IMG/VR virus record: IMGVR_UViG_3300047283_000054
Reading direction: 5' to 3' (one strand)
DNA length: 64,000 bases
DNA from: a virus
Taxonomy: Duplodnaviria; Caudoviricetes
Below, one piece after another: positions 1 through 10,479 of the stretch (positions are counted from its first letter, which is position 1; each line of letters starts with the position of its first letter). Below the pieces are notes generated by a model. It searched no databases and had not been told where the DNA came from. It saw only the letters and a program-made list of their open reading frames with translations. The position numbers were made by a program, and so were the translations under genes.

Positions 1-575
1 ACACCTGCAAGATAACTGTTAACAGGCTTTGGTTCATTAAAGAATGTAGGGCTTTCGTTAATTGCATTATTATTTGTATTGATATTAGTTACAGGCAACT
101 TCTTTGCACCACCATAACTATTTGCTTCATTGGCATTTAATACAGCAGTTTCAGTTGATCCGTTAGCCGGTACCATGTATAATGCTTCTGGCTCAGGTAC
201 ACAACCAATCCAATAACCATAGTTAGGATCACCGTTGATAAAAATACATATAACAGTTGTACCAATATCCGGCGGGCTACTCCATACACCATAACTAATT
301 GGATTTTGCAAATATGTTCCGTATCCTGTCTTATCGCCTGTACCTTCAGTCAATCCATAGAATGAAGTCATATAGTTAACTGTTACCCAACTATTGGCAT
401 CATCTGGGTCTGTACCGCCCATATCACTGAGATATACACGTAATCTACCTGAACGTATAGGGTCGATGTTATCTTTTACTACTCCAAAAACAGGTACAGG
501 ACTAACTACTGCACCACCTGCACCTAGTTTATTTGCGCTTGTTGCGCCTTTGGGTTTAAAGATATTATTTGCCAT
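1..575 (-). CDS. Baseplate spike / gp5-VgrG OB-fold N-terminal protein (runs off window)
   Basis: Not in the ORF track. ATG at 575-573 overlaps the stop of the preceding gene (TAATG). Reads MANNIFKPKG...FGVVKDNIDPIRSGRLRVYL...SWVTV...SYGVWSSPPDIGTTVICIFINGDPNYGYWIGC, the typical gp5/VgrG OB-fold pattern. Confidence 0.75.
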   Translation of the reverse strand, partial: MANNIFKPKGATSANKLGAGGAVVSPVPVFGVVKDNIDPIRSGRLRVYLSDMGGTDPDDANSWVTVNYMTSFYGLTEGTGDKTGYGTYLQNPISYGVWSSPPDIGTTVICIFINGDPNYGYWIGCVPEPEALYMVPANGSTETAVLNANEANSYGGAKKLPVTNINTNNNAINESPTFFNEPKPVNSYLAG

Positions 576-3229
576 TATGCGCCTTCACCTGGTCTTGCAC
601 CAGTAAGTAATGTGGTGTTTTCTGTTTCTCTACCTGCATCCGGACTTTGAGAATTAACAATACCATTTTGTGTTTGACCTGCATTTTGAACACTATCGTC
701 ATTTGCTACACCTTGATCCGTACTTTCTGTTGTAGTTGTAACAGGTGTATCACTAACGGGAACTCCGGAATCTACAAATTGTTGTTGTAATGCTATAGCC
801 TCATCAACTCCTGAAAATTCATTTTCGGGAGTGTACCCGGTACTGGCACTAGTGCTAGTACCACTAGAAGGTGTAGAACCTTCACCACCGTCACTGGTAC
901 CTGAGCGAACATCGGAGCTTGCTAAATCTATACGTCTAGGATCATTAGCGGCAAATGCGGTTCTTGCGTTAGCCGCTGTTTCGGTTGTTAATGCTACACC
1001 AGTTCTTGCGGCGGTAGCATCTGTTACATTAGCTCTTCCACCCAGTGCCGCTGCCGGTGTTCCCACTACTCCCGGGAAGTCATTGATACAACAATTTAAT
1101 GTTTGCTCAAACTTACCACCTCTAAAACTATGGTCTATATCAAGAACCATATAGCTAATACCTTTAATCTTATTAGCTACTGCGGCAGGGTAATTCCAAA
1201 AGTATATAGACTCATTAATACTTAATAAGCCATCACTATTCTTATAGTCAATTGCTTCCTTAAAATCAATTTCAATAAACACTTGTCCACCATTTGGATT
1301 AATAGTAAATCCATCACTACCATAGAATTGATTATAAACTTGGTTAATGCTTGAAGGTGTCTCTTGTGCTAGATAATCAGGGTCACCCAATATAACAACT
1401 TTGGCTTTAGCATATGCACCTGGATCATACAAACTGGTCATATATGCATTTTGTGCTTCCATACCAACGTCTTGTCGACCTTGGGTATCTTGATTCTGCT
1501 TTTTGTTTGGGTATGTGGGTACTTGAGCTCCGCCACCTTGACTTGCAGGATCACCGTTGGGAGTTAATGCAACGTTAAAATAACTATTGTCCATTGTTTG
1601 TTCGTATGATATCACCTCACTATTCTTACCAGTGAACCAATATTCATATCGTTTGTGCGGGCCATAATACTTACTAGATTTTGTATATGGTGATGAGGCT
1701 GCAGGTGTCTCATATGGTTGAATAACGTATGTAATCTCATATGCAAAATCTCCCACCTTAGTATCAAATCCTAATGTTTTAATTTCAGTGCTCAAATTAT
1801 ACCATTTAATTGGTGGTATGTTTTTCTTAGTAACTACTTCTGGACTGTTTGTGTCAGGGTCTGGTTCTTCACTAGCAACAAATATAACTTTAAGCGCATC
1901 TTCCATATATGAACTTTGCTTGATAATATTATTAATAGCTTGAGGAATAGGTGTCCCCTTATCAATTTGAATTAATCTTTTAGTAGTATCAGGTGTTGAT
2001 TTAACGCTTGTACCCTCAGTTACTTCATTTGAGTTATCCGCCCTACTCATTGGTTGTTTTTTTCTGTCAGGGTCTGCTTTGCTAATAAGACTTGCATTTT
2101 GTATAAGACTAGTATCACCTATAAATCTAACTTTATATACATTCGGTATTTCAACTGCACCTTGTGTTTTTAATGTTTGTTGATTTTCATTTAATGTTTT
2201 GAGTAAACTAGTAATACCATTACCTTCGCCGTCTAACGCTTCTTTAACAGTACTTGCAACGACTGGTACTTTATTATCTGCTGTTCCTCTAGCAATACCT
2301 AATGCAACATTAGTAGATATAACAGATGCGGTTACATTGTATGTTGTTGCGCCTCCATTAATTTTAAACTTCATTGAAGTTATTAGAATATCATAAAATC
2401 TTTCATATACACCACTAGCGTCTGGACTAGTATTAATGGTGTCGTCTGCAAATACTTCACTTGCATTTGCTATGTTTCCATTCTTATCATATCCTTGAAA
2501 TCTTATACCCAATACAAAGAACTGTCTGCTAGCATTGACTGCCTTATCATAGTTTTTTAATTTACTATTTTTTCTTAATCCGTCATTGGCTCTTTTTAAT
2601 TTAGTTATAAAAGAAAAACCATATGGTTCATATATGTTGAACGATATTGCAGTAACGTTAGATGCTGATTGTGTGTTTTTTCCATTAACTGCTGTTTTGA
2701 TTTTTAAATCATCTATATAATAATCTAAATCAAATCCAGGTGCTCGTTTACTTGTTTTGTTATTGATGCCACCAGATTGTGCGATTAAGAATGCACCACC
2801 GTTTGTTGATTGACCAGTAGCATCAGTTTGACTTAGTGCATTGATATTTTTTCTACCGGATAATTTAAAAGCGTCATATGCATCAGGTGTTATCATATAC
2901 AAACTTAATTGATATGTGTAACTACTAAAATTACCTAACGGGTTCTGTAATCTACTTCCTGGCTTTGGTCCAGTACCTACACTTTTATTAACTACATTAT
3001 TGCCTGCAGGTGTTTGAGCTTGTCCTGCTTGAGTTTGTCCTGCAAAACTTTCGTTTAGAGTTTCCATCTCATTACTACCAGTTGCAGTAGCATTGTTTTC
3101 CATTGCGGCAACTCTAGCGGCATAATCAATATCATAACTATTATCACCGTCAGACGGAGTACCACCCAAATCATTGTCGTCAGGGGTAGAAGATATTATA
3201 TTACCTAGTTCATCTGTAACAATTGCCAT
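575..3229 (-). CDS. Baseplate hub / tail protein (gp27/late-control-D-like)
   Basis: 884 aa. C-terminal region has ILGDP and Y-x-V-x-x-I-x-H-x-F-x-GG-x-F-x-QTL motifs. Lies directly upstream of the gp5-like gene. Confidence 0.55.
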   Translation of the reverse strand: MAIVTDELGNIISSTPDDNDLGGTPSDGDNSYDIDYAARVAAMENNATATGSNEMETLNESFAGQTQAGQAQTPAGNNVVNKSVGTGPKPGSRLQNPLGNFSSYTYQLSLYMITPDAYDAFKLSGRKNINALSQTDATGQSTNGGAFLIAQSGGINNKTSKRAPGFDLDYYIDDLKIKTAVNGKNTQSASNVTAISFNIYEPYGFSFITKLKRANDGLRKNSKLKNYDKAVNASRQFFVLGIRFQGYDKNGNIANASEVFADDTINTSPDASGVYERFYDILITSMKFKINGGATTYNVTASVISTNVALGIARGTADNKVPVVASTVKEALDGEGNGITSLLKTLNENQQTLKTQGAVEIPNVYKVRFIGDTSLIQNASLISKADPDRKKQPMSRADNSNEVTEGTSVKSTPDTTKRLIQIDKGTPIPQAINNIIKQSSYMEDALKVIFVASEEPDPDTNSPEVVTKKNIPPIKWYNLSTEIKTLGFDTKVGDFAYEITYVIQPYETPAASSPYTKSSKYYGPHKRYEYWFTGKNSEVISYEQTMDNSYFNVALTPNGDPASQGGGAQVPTYPNKKQNQDTQGRQDVGMEAQNAYMTSLYDPGAYAKAKVVILGDPDYLAQETPSSINQVYNQFYGSDGFTINPNGGQVFIEIDFKEAIDYKNSDGLLSINESIYFWNYPAAVANKIKGISYMVLDIDHSFRGGKFEQTLNCCINDFPGVVGTPAAALGGRANVTDATAARTGVALTTETAANARTAFAANDPRRIDLASSDVRSGTSDGGEGSTPSSGTSTSASTGYTPENEFSGVDEAIALQQQFVDSGVPVSDTPVTTTTESTDQGVANDDSVQNAGQTQNGIVNSQSPDAGRETENTTLLTGARPGEGA

Positions 3230-3541
3230 TTATATACCTAATACTTGTTTTAATGTTGCGGCTTCTGGCAAATAGATACTAGTCCCAGCAGTGAAATCAA
3301 AAAATGGATCTGCCAATGTGTTAGGGTTTCTGCTTGCAAACACCCACCATAGTTTAGGATTAGCATATAAGTCATATGCTAACATATCAGGTCGTAGATT
3401 ATACGTGGTCGTTATTTCCCAATATCTATCACTACCTAACTTAGGTATAGGTCTATCAACTAGTGTATCTAAAAATCTACCATTCACTACTCCGGTAGCA
3501 TAATATGGACTTGATGACGGATATAGATTGTTAATAGCCAT
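3230..3541 (-). CDS. Baseplate wedge protein (gp53/LysM-like)
   Basis: RPDMLAYDLYANPKLWWVFASRN...G-x-x-IYLP motif typical of gp53/tail-X LysM-type proteins. Confidence 0.7.
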   Translation of the reverse strand: MAINNLYPSSSPYYATGVVNGRFLDTLVDRPIPKLGSDRYWEITTTYNLRPDMLAYDLYANPKLWWVFASRNPNTLADPFFDFTAGTSIYLPEAATLKQVLGI

Positions 3542-4821
3542 TACCAGATACCTCCACCTGAACGTCTGCTACCTCGTAACAAAGCACCGGTAGCATATTC
3601 TTTGAGACTGAACTTGTTACTAATATCGTTTCTAGTAACGATCGGGATGCAAGTGATTTGCAATTGTAGTTTTGTGGGTACATAAGTTGCGTCAGAATTA
3701 ATTAGTGAATTTTGTGTTGAGAAGTTTGGAACTTTAGGTTGCAATCCATTTATTGCAGTACGCAATACACTTGGTACAAAGCTATTTACTATGTTATTTT
3801 GTTGTGCTACATTTACACCAGGCTGATTTGTTTGACTACCTGCACGTATATAATCTACTTCAGTTGGTGTTGCATATGTGAAATTAGTTACAACTAATGG
3901 GTGAGCATCAAACGTGTAAGCACCAAATCCACTCAAGTAACATAACGGTGGAGGTACACCATTATTGGGGTTCTGATCCTGACCATAGAACATCTTAGTT
4001 ACACTACGAAAGAAATGTATCACTGCCAACAAGTAGTTTGCTTCATTGGTGTCTTGTGCTGTAAAATCAGCCGTAATTGAAACTGTGTCTACATTACTTC
4101 CTTTATATTGATAAACTCTATAATTGCTATGTACTAGGTCACTTGGCTCATATCCTGCACTATATGTTACTGATATTCCCGGTGTGTATGGAAATATAAC
4201 ACCATCAGTTGATTGTAATGGTGCTAGTATGCCTGCTTGTCCTTTTGGAACTTTATATAAGTAATTTGCATTTGGTGCTAAACTTAATCTTGCACGCCAA
4301 TCTGGTTTCTGTTGAAAATTAGCTGTATCTTGTCTTGTGGCTGTACTACGTGTATTGTTTACTGCTGTTGATATACCTTGTCCACTGCCACCGGCTCCGG
4401 GGTCAAATACACTTTCAGTAACCTCTTGTCTAGGATCAAATACACTTTCAGTAACTTCTTGTCTAGGATCAAATACGTTTTCTGTTATAGAGTTGGGTGA
4501 TGTTACTGTTTGTCCTTCTTCACCAATATTTGTGTTGGGGTCGCTGGCAGCACTTATTGTTTGTTGGGCTTGAGGTATTTCTTGATTTTGTGCTTCTTCA
4601 CCGATATTTGTATTAGGATCTGATGCGACTAATAGGTTGTTCAACTCATTCTGAAGCTGAATTAGTGTATTTCTTGCTGTTGCTAACTGTCTTTCTATAT
4701 CAGCAATTACAGCAGGATCAGGTTGTGGAGAGCCGGAAGCCGCGTCTAATTGAAGTTCTAACGATGCGACTTGTGCCCTTGCTAAAGCAATATCGGCTTC
4801 TAATTGAGCTTGTGATGCCAT
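3541..4821 (-). CDS. Tail tube initiator / baseplate tube-cap-like protein
   Basis: FPYTP-x-I, PPP-x-x-x-L-x-GFG and P-LVV-x-x-F motifs of gp48/gp54/CIS-tube-like proteins. N-terminal coiled coil and short repeats. Confidence 0.5.
   Translation of the reverse strand: MASQAQLEADIALARAQVASLELQLDAASGSPQPDPAVIADIERQLATARNTLIQLQNELNNLLVASDPNTNIGEEAQNQEIPQAQQTISAASDPNTNIGEEGQTVTSPNSITENVFDPRQEVTESVFDPRQEVTESVFDPGAGGSGQGISTAVNNTRSTATRQDTANFQQKPDWRARLSLAPNANYLYKVPKGQAGILAPLQSTDGVIFPYTPGISVTYSAGYEPSDLVHSNYRVYQYKGSNVDTVSITADFTAQDTNEANYLLAVIHFFRSVTKMFYGQDQNPNNGVPPPLCYLSGFGAYTFDAHPLVVTNFTYATPTEVDYIRAGSQTNQPGVNVAQQNNIVNSFVPSVLRTAINGLQPKVPNFSTQNSLINSDATYVPTKLQLQITCIPIVTRNDISNKFSLKEYATGALLRGSRRSGGGIW
4399..4628 (-). 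repeat. Intragenic repeats: 33-nt unit (EVTESVFDPRQ) x~2.7 and ASDPNTNIGEE x2
   Basis: tcaaatacactttcagtaacYtcttgtctagga units start at 4403 and 4436, with a partial third copy at 4469. The second peptide repeat is visible in the translation. Confidence 0.85.
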
Positions 4822-4843
4822 AATATGTTGTTATCCTTACTTA

Positions 4844-4859
4844 TATTTAGCACTAAATA
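4844..4859. promoter_or_regulatory. Back-to-back phage late promoters (CTAAATA on both strands)
   Basis: tatttag-ca-ctaaata inverted repeat between divergent operons; resembles the T4 late promoter TATAAATA. Confidence 0.6.
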
Positions 4860-4894
4860 AAAGTGCTGTTTTTACCCTTTCCCTCACAAAATCG

Positions 4895-4923
4895 TTGCTT
4901 TTCAGCAACAATAATGCTATAAT
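4895..4923 (+). promoter_or_regulatory. Sigma70-type promoter for the late sigma gene
   Basis: TTGCTT-17 nt-TATAAT with an extended -10 TG. Confidence 0.65.
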
Positions 4924-4948
4924 CACTACAACATAATAACGGAGAACT

Positions 4949-5857
4949 ATGTCCTTACCATCAAGAAAACCTGTCAACTATTTAAATAATAAAGACATTC
5001 TAAAAGAGATACACGAAAGCAAAAACGCATACTGTTACTTTACAGATCCAAGTTATCATCGCTATGATTTTATTGTAGATATGCCACAAGCTCCAATTGC
5101 AGAAAGCTTAGAGTATGCTTTCAAGCCAGAAACAATTCAGCAAGCAAAAGAAACTCGGGCACTACGATTAAGTTTAGAACAAGGTAGTAAAGATGCAGTT
5201 AGCCCAGATTCTATACCCGTTACAGATTTAGTATTTCGTGTAATGAATTGGGATCACGTTCCAGTCGCACCAAAACAACCCCGTAAAACAGTTAAAAAGA
5301 AAACAGCAAAAGATATTTTTGAGTTTGAGGAACCAGATCCAGATGAGATTTTTGCTGACCTAGAAGATACTACAACCAAAGCAGAAGTAGATGATATGGT
5401 TCACGTTAAAGTTAACTTTCCCCCATTTCAACATTACAAAATTGATGAAAATAATACATTCTATTGTGTGGGTAAAAGTCATTGGGAAGGTGATTTGGAA
5501 ACAGGCAATTTCAATAAAGACCACGGCAAAATCACAAACAAGCTTGCCCGTATGTACATTATGATGTGTGAAAAATACGCAATGAAATATAATTGGCGTG
5601 GGTACACATACAATGACGAGATGCGTAATAGTGCAATCTTACAACTAACCTATGTTGGACTACGTTTCAATGAAGCTAAAAGTGCAAACCCATTTGCTTA
5701 CTACACAGCCGCTATCACTAATAGTTTCTGTAGGGTATTGAATACAGAAAAGCGTAATCAAAATATCAGAGATGATATTTTAGAAATCAATGGACTGAAC
5801 CCAAGTTGGTCAAGACAGGGTTCGGGTGGAACTGTATCCACTGTGTACGAAGAATAA
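4949..5857 (+). CDS. Late-transcription sigma factor (T4 gp55-like)
   Basis: NYLNNKDIL, NWRGYTYNDEM and FNEAKSANPFAYYT motifs; upstream of gp47/gp46 as in T4-like phages. Confidence 0.8.
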   Translation: MSLPSRKPVNYLNNKDILKEIHESKNAYCYFTDPSYHRYDFIVDMPQAPIAESLEYAFKPETIQQAKETRALRLSLEQGSKDAVSPDSIPVTDLVFRVMNWDHVPVAPKQPRKTVKKKTAKDIFEFEEPDPDEIFADLEDTTTKAEVDDMVHVKVNFPPFQHYKIDENNTFYCVGKSHWEGDLETGNFNKDHGKITNKLARMYIMMCEKYAMKYNWRGYTYNDEMRNSAILQLTYVGLRFNEAKSANPFAYYTAAITNSFCRVLNTEKRNQNIRDDILEINGLNPSWSRQGSGGTVSTVYEE

Positions 5858-5864
5858 TTTAACC

Positions 5865-5900
5865 AAAGCCGTTGCTAATGTGACGGCTTTATCATATAAT
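5865..5900 (+). promoter_or_regulatory. Hairpin overlapping a sigma70 promoter for leaderless gp47
   Basis: aaagccgttgc-taat-gtgacggcttt hairpin. TTGCTA-17-TATAAT ends at 5900 and the ATG is at 5907. Confidence 0.55.
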
Positions 5901-5906
5901 AGACGA

Positions 5907-6923
5907 ATGAGTAACCTTTTTAAAAAAGCCGCTGTGTTCACTGACATTCATTTTGGATTGAAGAGTAACAGCCTACAACACAACCAAGACTGTTCTGATT
6001 TTGTAGATTGGTTCATAGCCAAAGCAAAAAAAGAAAATTGTGAAACTTGTTTTTTCTTGGGCGATTATAATCATCATCGTGCAAGTATTAATATTCACAC
6101 ATTGCAATTTGGATTACAAGCATTGGAGAAACTAAGTGCTAACTTTGATACTGTATATTTTATACCAGGCAATCACGATCTTTATTATCGTGACCGTAGG
6201 GACATTCATAGTGTTGAGTGGGCTAAACATTTACCAAACGTACAAATCATCAACGACTTCTTCCAACAAGGAGATGTAGTTATTGCACCTTGGCTTGTAC
6301 AAGAAGATTACAAAAAACTACAAAAGATGGGCGGCAAATATATGTTTGGTCACCTTGAACTCCCAAGATTCTATATGAATGCTATGGTAGAGATGCCCGA
6401 TCACGGGGAAATCAACGAAGACCATATGACTGGCTTTGAAAAAGTATTCAGTGGTCACTTTCATAAACGTCAGGCACGTAAGAACATCTGGTATATCGGT
6501 AATGCTTTCCCTCATAACTATGCAGACGCAGGTGATGATGCACGTGGTATGATGATATTGGAATGGGATAATGAACCAGAGTTTTATACTTGGCCAAGAC
6601 AGCCTGTGTTCCGTGTTCATAAACTAAGTGACATTTTAGAAAACCCTGAAGGCTTGTTATTGATTGACAGCCATGTTAGAGTACATCTTGATATTGAAAT
6701 CTCGTATGAAGAGGCTAACTACTTGCGTGAGACTTGGATACCAGAACATAGACTAAGAGAGATGGCATTGATACCTATGAAAGCAGATATGAATGAGAAT
6801 GGTCAAACAGCAGATGGATTAAAGTTCGAAAGTGTTGACCAAATTATTATTGACCAAATTAACAGTATCGAATCAAATAATTTTGATAAGAAGATTCTTT
6901 TGGACATTTATAACAACCTATGA
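5907..6923 (+). CDS. Recombination nuclease subunit gp47 (Mre11/SbcD)
   Basis: DIHFG, LGD, GNHD, GH and SGHFH metallophosphoesterase motifs; start reassigned to ATG 5907. Confidence 0.9.
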   Translation: MSNLFKKAAVFTDIHFGLKSNSLQHNQDCSDFVDWFIAKAKKENCETCFFLGDYNHHRASINIHTLQFGLQALEKLSANFDTVYFIPGNHDLYYRDRRDIHSVEWAKHLPNVQIINDFFQQGDVVIAPWLVQEDYKKLQKMGGKYMFGHLELPRFYMNAMVEMPDHGEINEDHMTGFEKVFSGHFHKRQARKNIWYIGNAFPHNYADAGDDARGMMILEWDNEPEFYTWPRQPVFRVHKLSDILENPEGLLLIDSHVRVHLDIEISYEEANYLRETWIPEHRLREMALIPMKADMNENGQTADGLKFESVDQIIIDQINSIESNNFDKKILLDIYNNL

Positions 6924-8992
6924 TTACATTACAGAACATAACTTTACGCAATTTTTTAAGTATTGGTGCGGTAACGCAAGCAGTAGACTTTGATAAGAAA
7001 GACTTAACACTTATTCTAGGTGAAAACTTAGACTTAGGTGGTGACGGTGCTCGTAACGGCACAGGTAAGACTACATTGATTCAAGGATTATCCTATGCAT
7101 TGTTTGGTACACCCATTAACAATATTCGTAAAGATAATTTAGTTAATCGTACAAATGGTAAGGGTATGCTTGTTACATTGACGTTCAATGTTAATGGCAC
7201 TAACTATAAGATTGAGCGTGGTCGTAAGCCAAATATTCTTAAGTTCTATGTAAACGAAATACAAGAAAAGACAACTGAGGATCAGCAAGGTGAAAATAAA
7301 GAAACACAGGCAGCGATTGAAAAAGTTATCAATATGTCAGCCGATATGTTCCGCCATATTGTTGTATTGAATACTTACAGTGAACCTTTCTTGGCATTGA
7401 AAAACAATGAACAGAAAGATATCATTGAACAATTAATGGGTATCACATTGTTATCCGAGAAGGCTGAAGTCATCAAAGAGATGATTCGTAAAAGCAAAGA
7501 TGATATTCAGCAAGAAGATTTTAGAGTTAAAGCTATTGAAGAAGCCAATAAGCGTGTTAAAGAACAAATTGATGCACTGAAACGTAGACAAACATTATGG
7601 TTAAAGAAGCACGATGATGATTTAACTAATTTAGCCCTTCAGTATGATGAACTAAGCAAAATTAACATTGAAGTAGAGTTACAAGCACATAAAGATTTAA
7701 ACGTTTGGACTAAACAGAAAGAACAACAAGATGCATATAATGCATTAGTTGCACGTTCAACTGCTTGGCAACAAAAACACAATAGTGACGTTTCTGTAGC
7801 ACATAAAGCCTACTCACTTAAAAATGAGTACGACATTGAAGCTGAACTTAAAGCTTGGAATGATTTAAAAGATTGGCTACACGATTCCGCTGAACAAAAA
7901 TCTATAGCAACAATAATTGATACCCTAACCAAAAATATCACAAAAGAAAAAAAATTAATTGATAAATTGGTTCGGGAAGTTAAAGAACTTGAGGATCATA
8001 AGTGTTATGCTTGTGGTCAAGACTTCCACGATGATAAGCATTTAGAAGTTACCTTAGAAAAGACAACAGTACTTGAGAACGCACGTGCTGAATTAGTTGA
8101 ACTTGAAAGTCAATTGTCAATCAATCAGTCATTAGTTACTGAATTAGGACCAAAGCCTACTCCATCATACAAGACTGAAGCAGAAGCTATCCGTCACAGT
8201 GGTGATGTAGCTAACTTAAAGAAAGTTTGGGAAGACAAGAAACAAGAAACTAATCCATTTAGTGAACAACTAAATGAGTTAACTATTATAGTTTTAGGGC
8301 CTCAACCTGTCACTCACTACGATACAGAAGCAGAAGCAATTAAACATTCAAGTGAAGTTGCTAATATTCTTAATCAAATTGATAACAAGTCACAAGAGAC
8401 TGATCCATATGCAGAACAAGTAACTGAAATGGAAACACAAGCACTACAAGCAATTGACTTTGAAGCTATTAATCGTTTAACAAGAACAATGGAACATCAA
8501 AAATTCTTATTAGATTTATTAACAAGCAAAGATAGTTTTGTTCGCAAGAAAATCATTGACCAAAACCTGAGTTATCTAAACGCACGATTGACACATTACT
8601 TAGACAAGATTGGTCTGCCACATCAAGTTATCTTTAAGAATGATTTGCAGGTTGAAATTACTGAGTTGGGTCGTGAACTTGATTTTGATAATCTGTCACG
8701 CGGTGAACGCAATAGATTGATTCTTGGCTTGAGCTTTGCTTTCCGTGATGTATGGGAATCATTGTACAGTCCGATCAACACATTGTTCATTGATGAATTG
8801 ATTGATAGTGGTCTTGACACAATGGGTGTTGAGAATAGTTTGGCTATTCTCAAAGACATGAGCCGTAGACGACAGAAAAGTATTTGGCTTGTGTCACACA
8901 GAGAAGAACTAGCCGGACGAGTACCTAATGTTCTAAAGGTTGTTAAAGAGAACGGCTTCACAAGTTATAACACAGCAGTAGATATAGAATAA
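6920..8992 (+). CDS. Recombination ATPase gp46 (Rad50/SbcC)
   Basis: Walker A NGTGKTT, zinc hook CYAC, signature LSRGE, Walker B FIDE, H-loop VSH. Confidence 0.92.
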   Translation: MITLQNITLRNFLSIGAVTQAVDFDKKDLTLILGENLDLGGDGARNGTGKTTLIQGLSYALFGTPINNIRKDNLVNRTNGKGMLVTLTFNVNGTNYKIERGRKPNILKFYVNEIQEKTTEDQQGENKETQAAIEKVINMSADMFRHIVVLNTYSEPFLALKNNEQKDIIEQLMGITLLSEKAEVIKEMIRKSKDDIQQEDFRVKAIEEANKRVKEQIDALKRRQTLWLKKHDDDLTNLALQYDELSKINIEVELQAHKDLNVWTKQKEQQDAYNALVARSTAWQQKHNSDVSVAHKAYSLKNEYDIEAELKAWNDLKDWLHDSAEQKSIATIIDTLTKNITKEKKLIDKLVREVKELEDHKCYACGQDFHDDKHLEVTLEKTTVLENARAELVELESQLSINQSLVTELGPKPTPSYKTEAEAIRHSGDVANLKKVWEDKKQETNPFSEQLNELTIIVLGPQPVTHYDTEAEAIKHSSEVANILNQIDNKSQETDPYAEQVTEMETQALQAIDFEAINRLTRTMEHQKFLLDLLTSKDSFVRKKIIDQNLSYLNARLTHYLDKIGLPHQVIFKNDLQVEITELGRELDFDNLSRGERNRLILGLSFAFRDVWESLYSPINTLFIDELIDSGLDTMGVENSLAILKDMSRRRQKSIWLVSHREELAGRVPNVLKVVKENGFTSYNTAVDIE

Positions 8993-9873
8993 TGCCAGAT
9001 ATTTTTCGTTTTCAGAATGTAAAGATTGTACATTTAGAGCCGACTACTAATTGTAATGCGGCTTGTCCTCAATGCCTGCGTACAAGGACTGAATTTGAAC
9101 CTAATGAATTAAGTCTGGAAGATGTTAAAAGATTATTTGATCCAGGTGTGTTACTGCAATTAGAAAAAATATACATGTGCGGTAATTACGGTGATCCTGC
9201 AAGTGCAAGACAAACAATTGAGATGTACGAATACTTCAAATCTGTTAACCCTAATATTATCATTGGCATGAATACTAATGGTGGTATACGTTATCCCGAG
9301 TGGTGGGATAGATTAGCCAAAGTAATGAATGGTGAAAAAGATTACGTTGTGTTTAGTATCGATGGATTGGAAGATACAAATCATTTATATCGTAGGAATG
9401 TTCGTTGGTCTAAAATTATTGAAAACGCACAAGCATTTATTAATGCAGGTGGTAAAGCACACTGGGACATGTTGGTGTTTGAACATAACAAACATCAAGT
9501 TGACCAAGCACATATTGTAGCAAAACAAATGGGTTTTAAATGGTTTCGTGCTAAAGTTAGCAGACGCTTTAATCGTTTTCCAGTAGATGGAATTAGTCAA
9601 CCGACTGAATTTGTAGACAACAAAATAACACAGGGTTATATTGAATGTAGTGCAATGAAAGAAAACAGTATTTTTGTAGATGCTTCAGGAAAAGTTTTAC
9701 CTTGTTGTTGGCAAGTTGAAGGTAATTATCAACCAAATATAGTGCAATGGTTTTATGACTTATCAGAAAATTGGAATACAAATCCTGACAAGACATGTTC
9801 CAAATCGTGTTTAAAAAATAACACAGGTACTACCTTCACAAATCAATGGTATCGAGAAGTAGAGATAAAATAA
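8992..9873 (+). CDS. Radical SAM protein with SPASM/twitch-like C-terminus
   Basis: CNAACPQC motif, GNYGDP, TNG, FSIDG, C-terminal G-x-V-x-PCC and C-x-x-x-C. Confidence 0.85.
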   Translation: MPDIFRFQNVKIVHLEPTTNCNAACPQCLRTRTEFEPNELSLEDVKRLFDPGVLLQLEKIYMCGNYGDPASARQTIEMYEYFKSVNPNIIIGMNTNGGIRYPEWWDRLAKVMNGEKDYVVFSIDGLEDTNHLYRRNVRWSKIIENAQAFINAGGKAHWDMLVFEHNKHQVDQAHIVAKQMGFKWFRAKVSRRFNRFPVDGISQPTEFVDNKITQGYIECSAMKENSIFVDASGKVLPCCWQVEGNYQPNIVQWFYDLSENWNTNPDKTCSKSCLKNNTGTTFTNQWYREVEIK

Positions 9874-9904
9874 TTTATACAGTAATGTTATGATAAGTAA
9901 TAGT

Positions 9905-10468
9905 ATGCCAAGTCCACAGAAAGCAAAAGGTTCAGGTTTTGAGCGAGAAATCGCTAAATATCTATCAGAGAAGTACGGTGAATCATTCATTCGTGCTCCT
10001 GGATCTGGTGCTTATATCGGTGGAAAGAATCAATCAAGAACTCAAATACTACACGAAGGTCAGATTAGAAGTTTTAAAGGGGACATAGTTCCTGGACAGA
10101 CTTTTACTAAGATGAATGTAGAATGTAAGTTTTATGCTGATTTTCCGTTTCATTTATTACTTTCAGGGGAATGCAAAGTAATAGATGGTTGGCTAGAACA
10201 ACTCATGGATGTAGCTGATCCAGACGATTGTAATATTCTTTTTATGAAGTTCAATCGTAAAGGTCGTTACATTGCTGTACAAAGCAAACTAACATGGGTT
10301 ACTGACAATTTCTTGTATTATACAAGTCCTAAATTAGGGGATTGGATAATTATGGAATTTGACAGCTTCTTCTTAAACAACAGTACATTATTAAAAGCAT
10401 ATTCAGGCTCAACAGACACCACGTCAAATCAAACTGTTACAAAAAACATCCTCACAATAGAAACTTAA
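9905..10468 (+). CDS. Holliday junction resolvase (PD-(D/E)XK)
   Basis: KGSGFERE, R-x-PGSG, GDI and ECK motifs; start placed 5 nt after a TAAGTA late-promoter motif. Confidence 0.75.
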   Translation: MPSPQKAKGSGFEREIAKYLSEKYGESFIRAPGSGAYIGGKNQSRTQILHEGQIRSFKGDIVPGQTFTKMNVECKFYADFPFHLLLSGECKVIDGWLEQLMDVADPDDCNILFMKFNRKGRYIAVQSKLTWVTDNFLYYTSPKLGDWIIMEFDSFFLNNSTLLKAYSGSTDTTSNQTVTKNILTIET

Positions 10469-10479
10469 TTAAAATAAAA

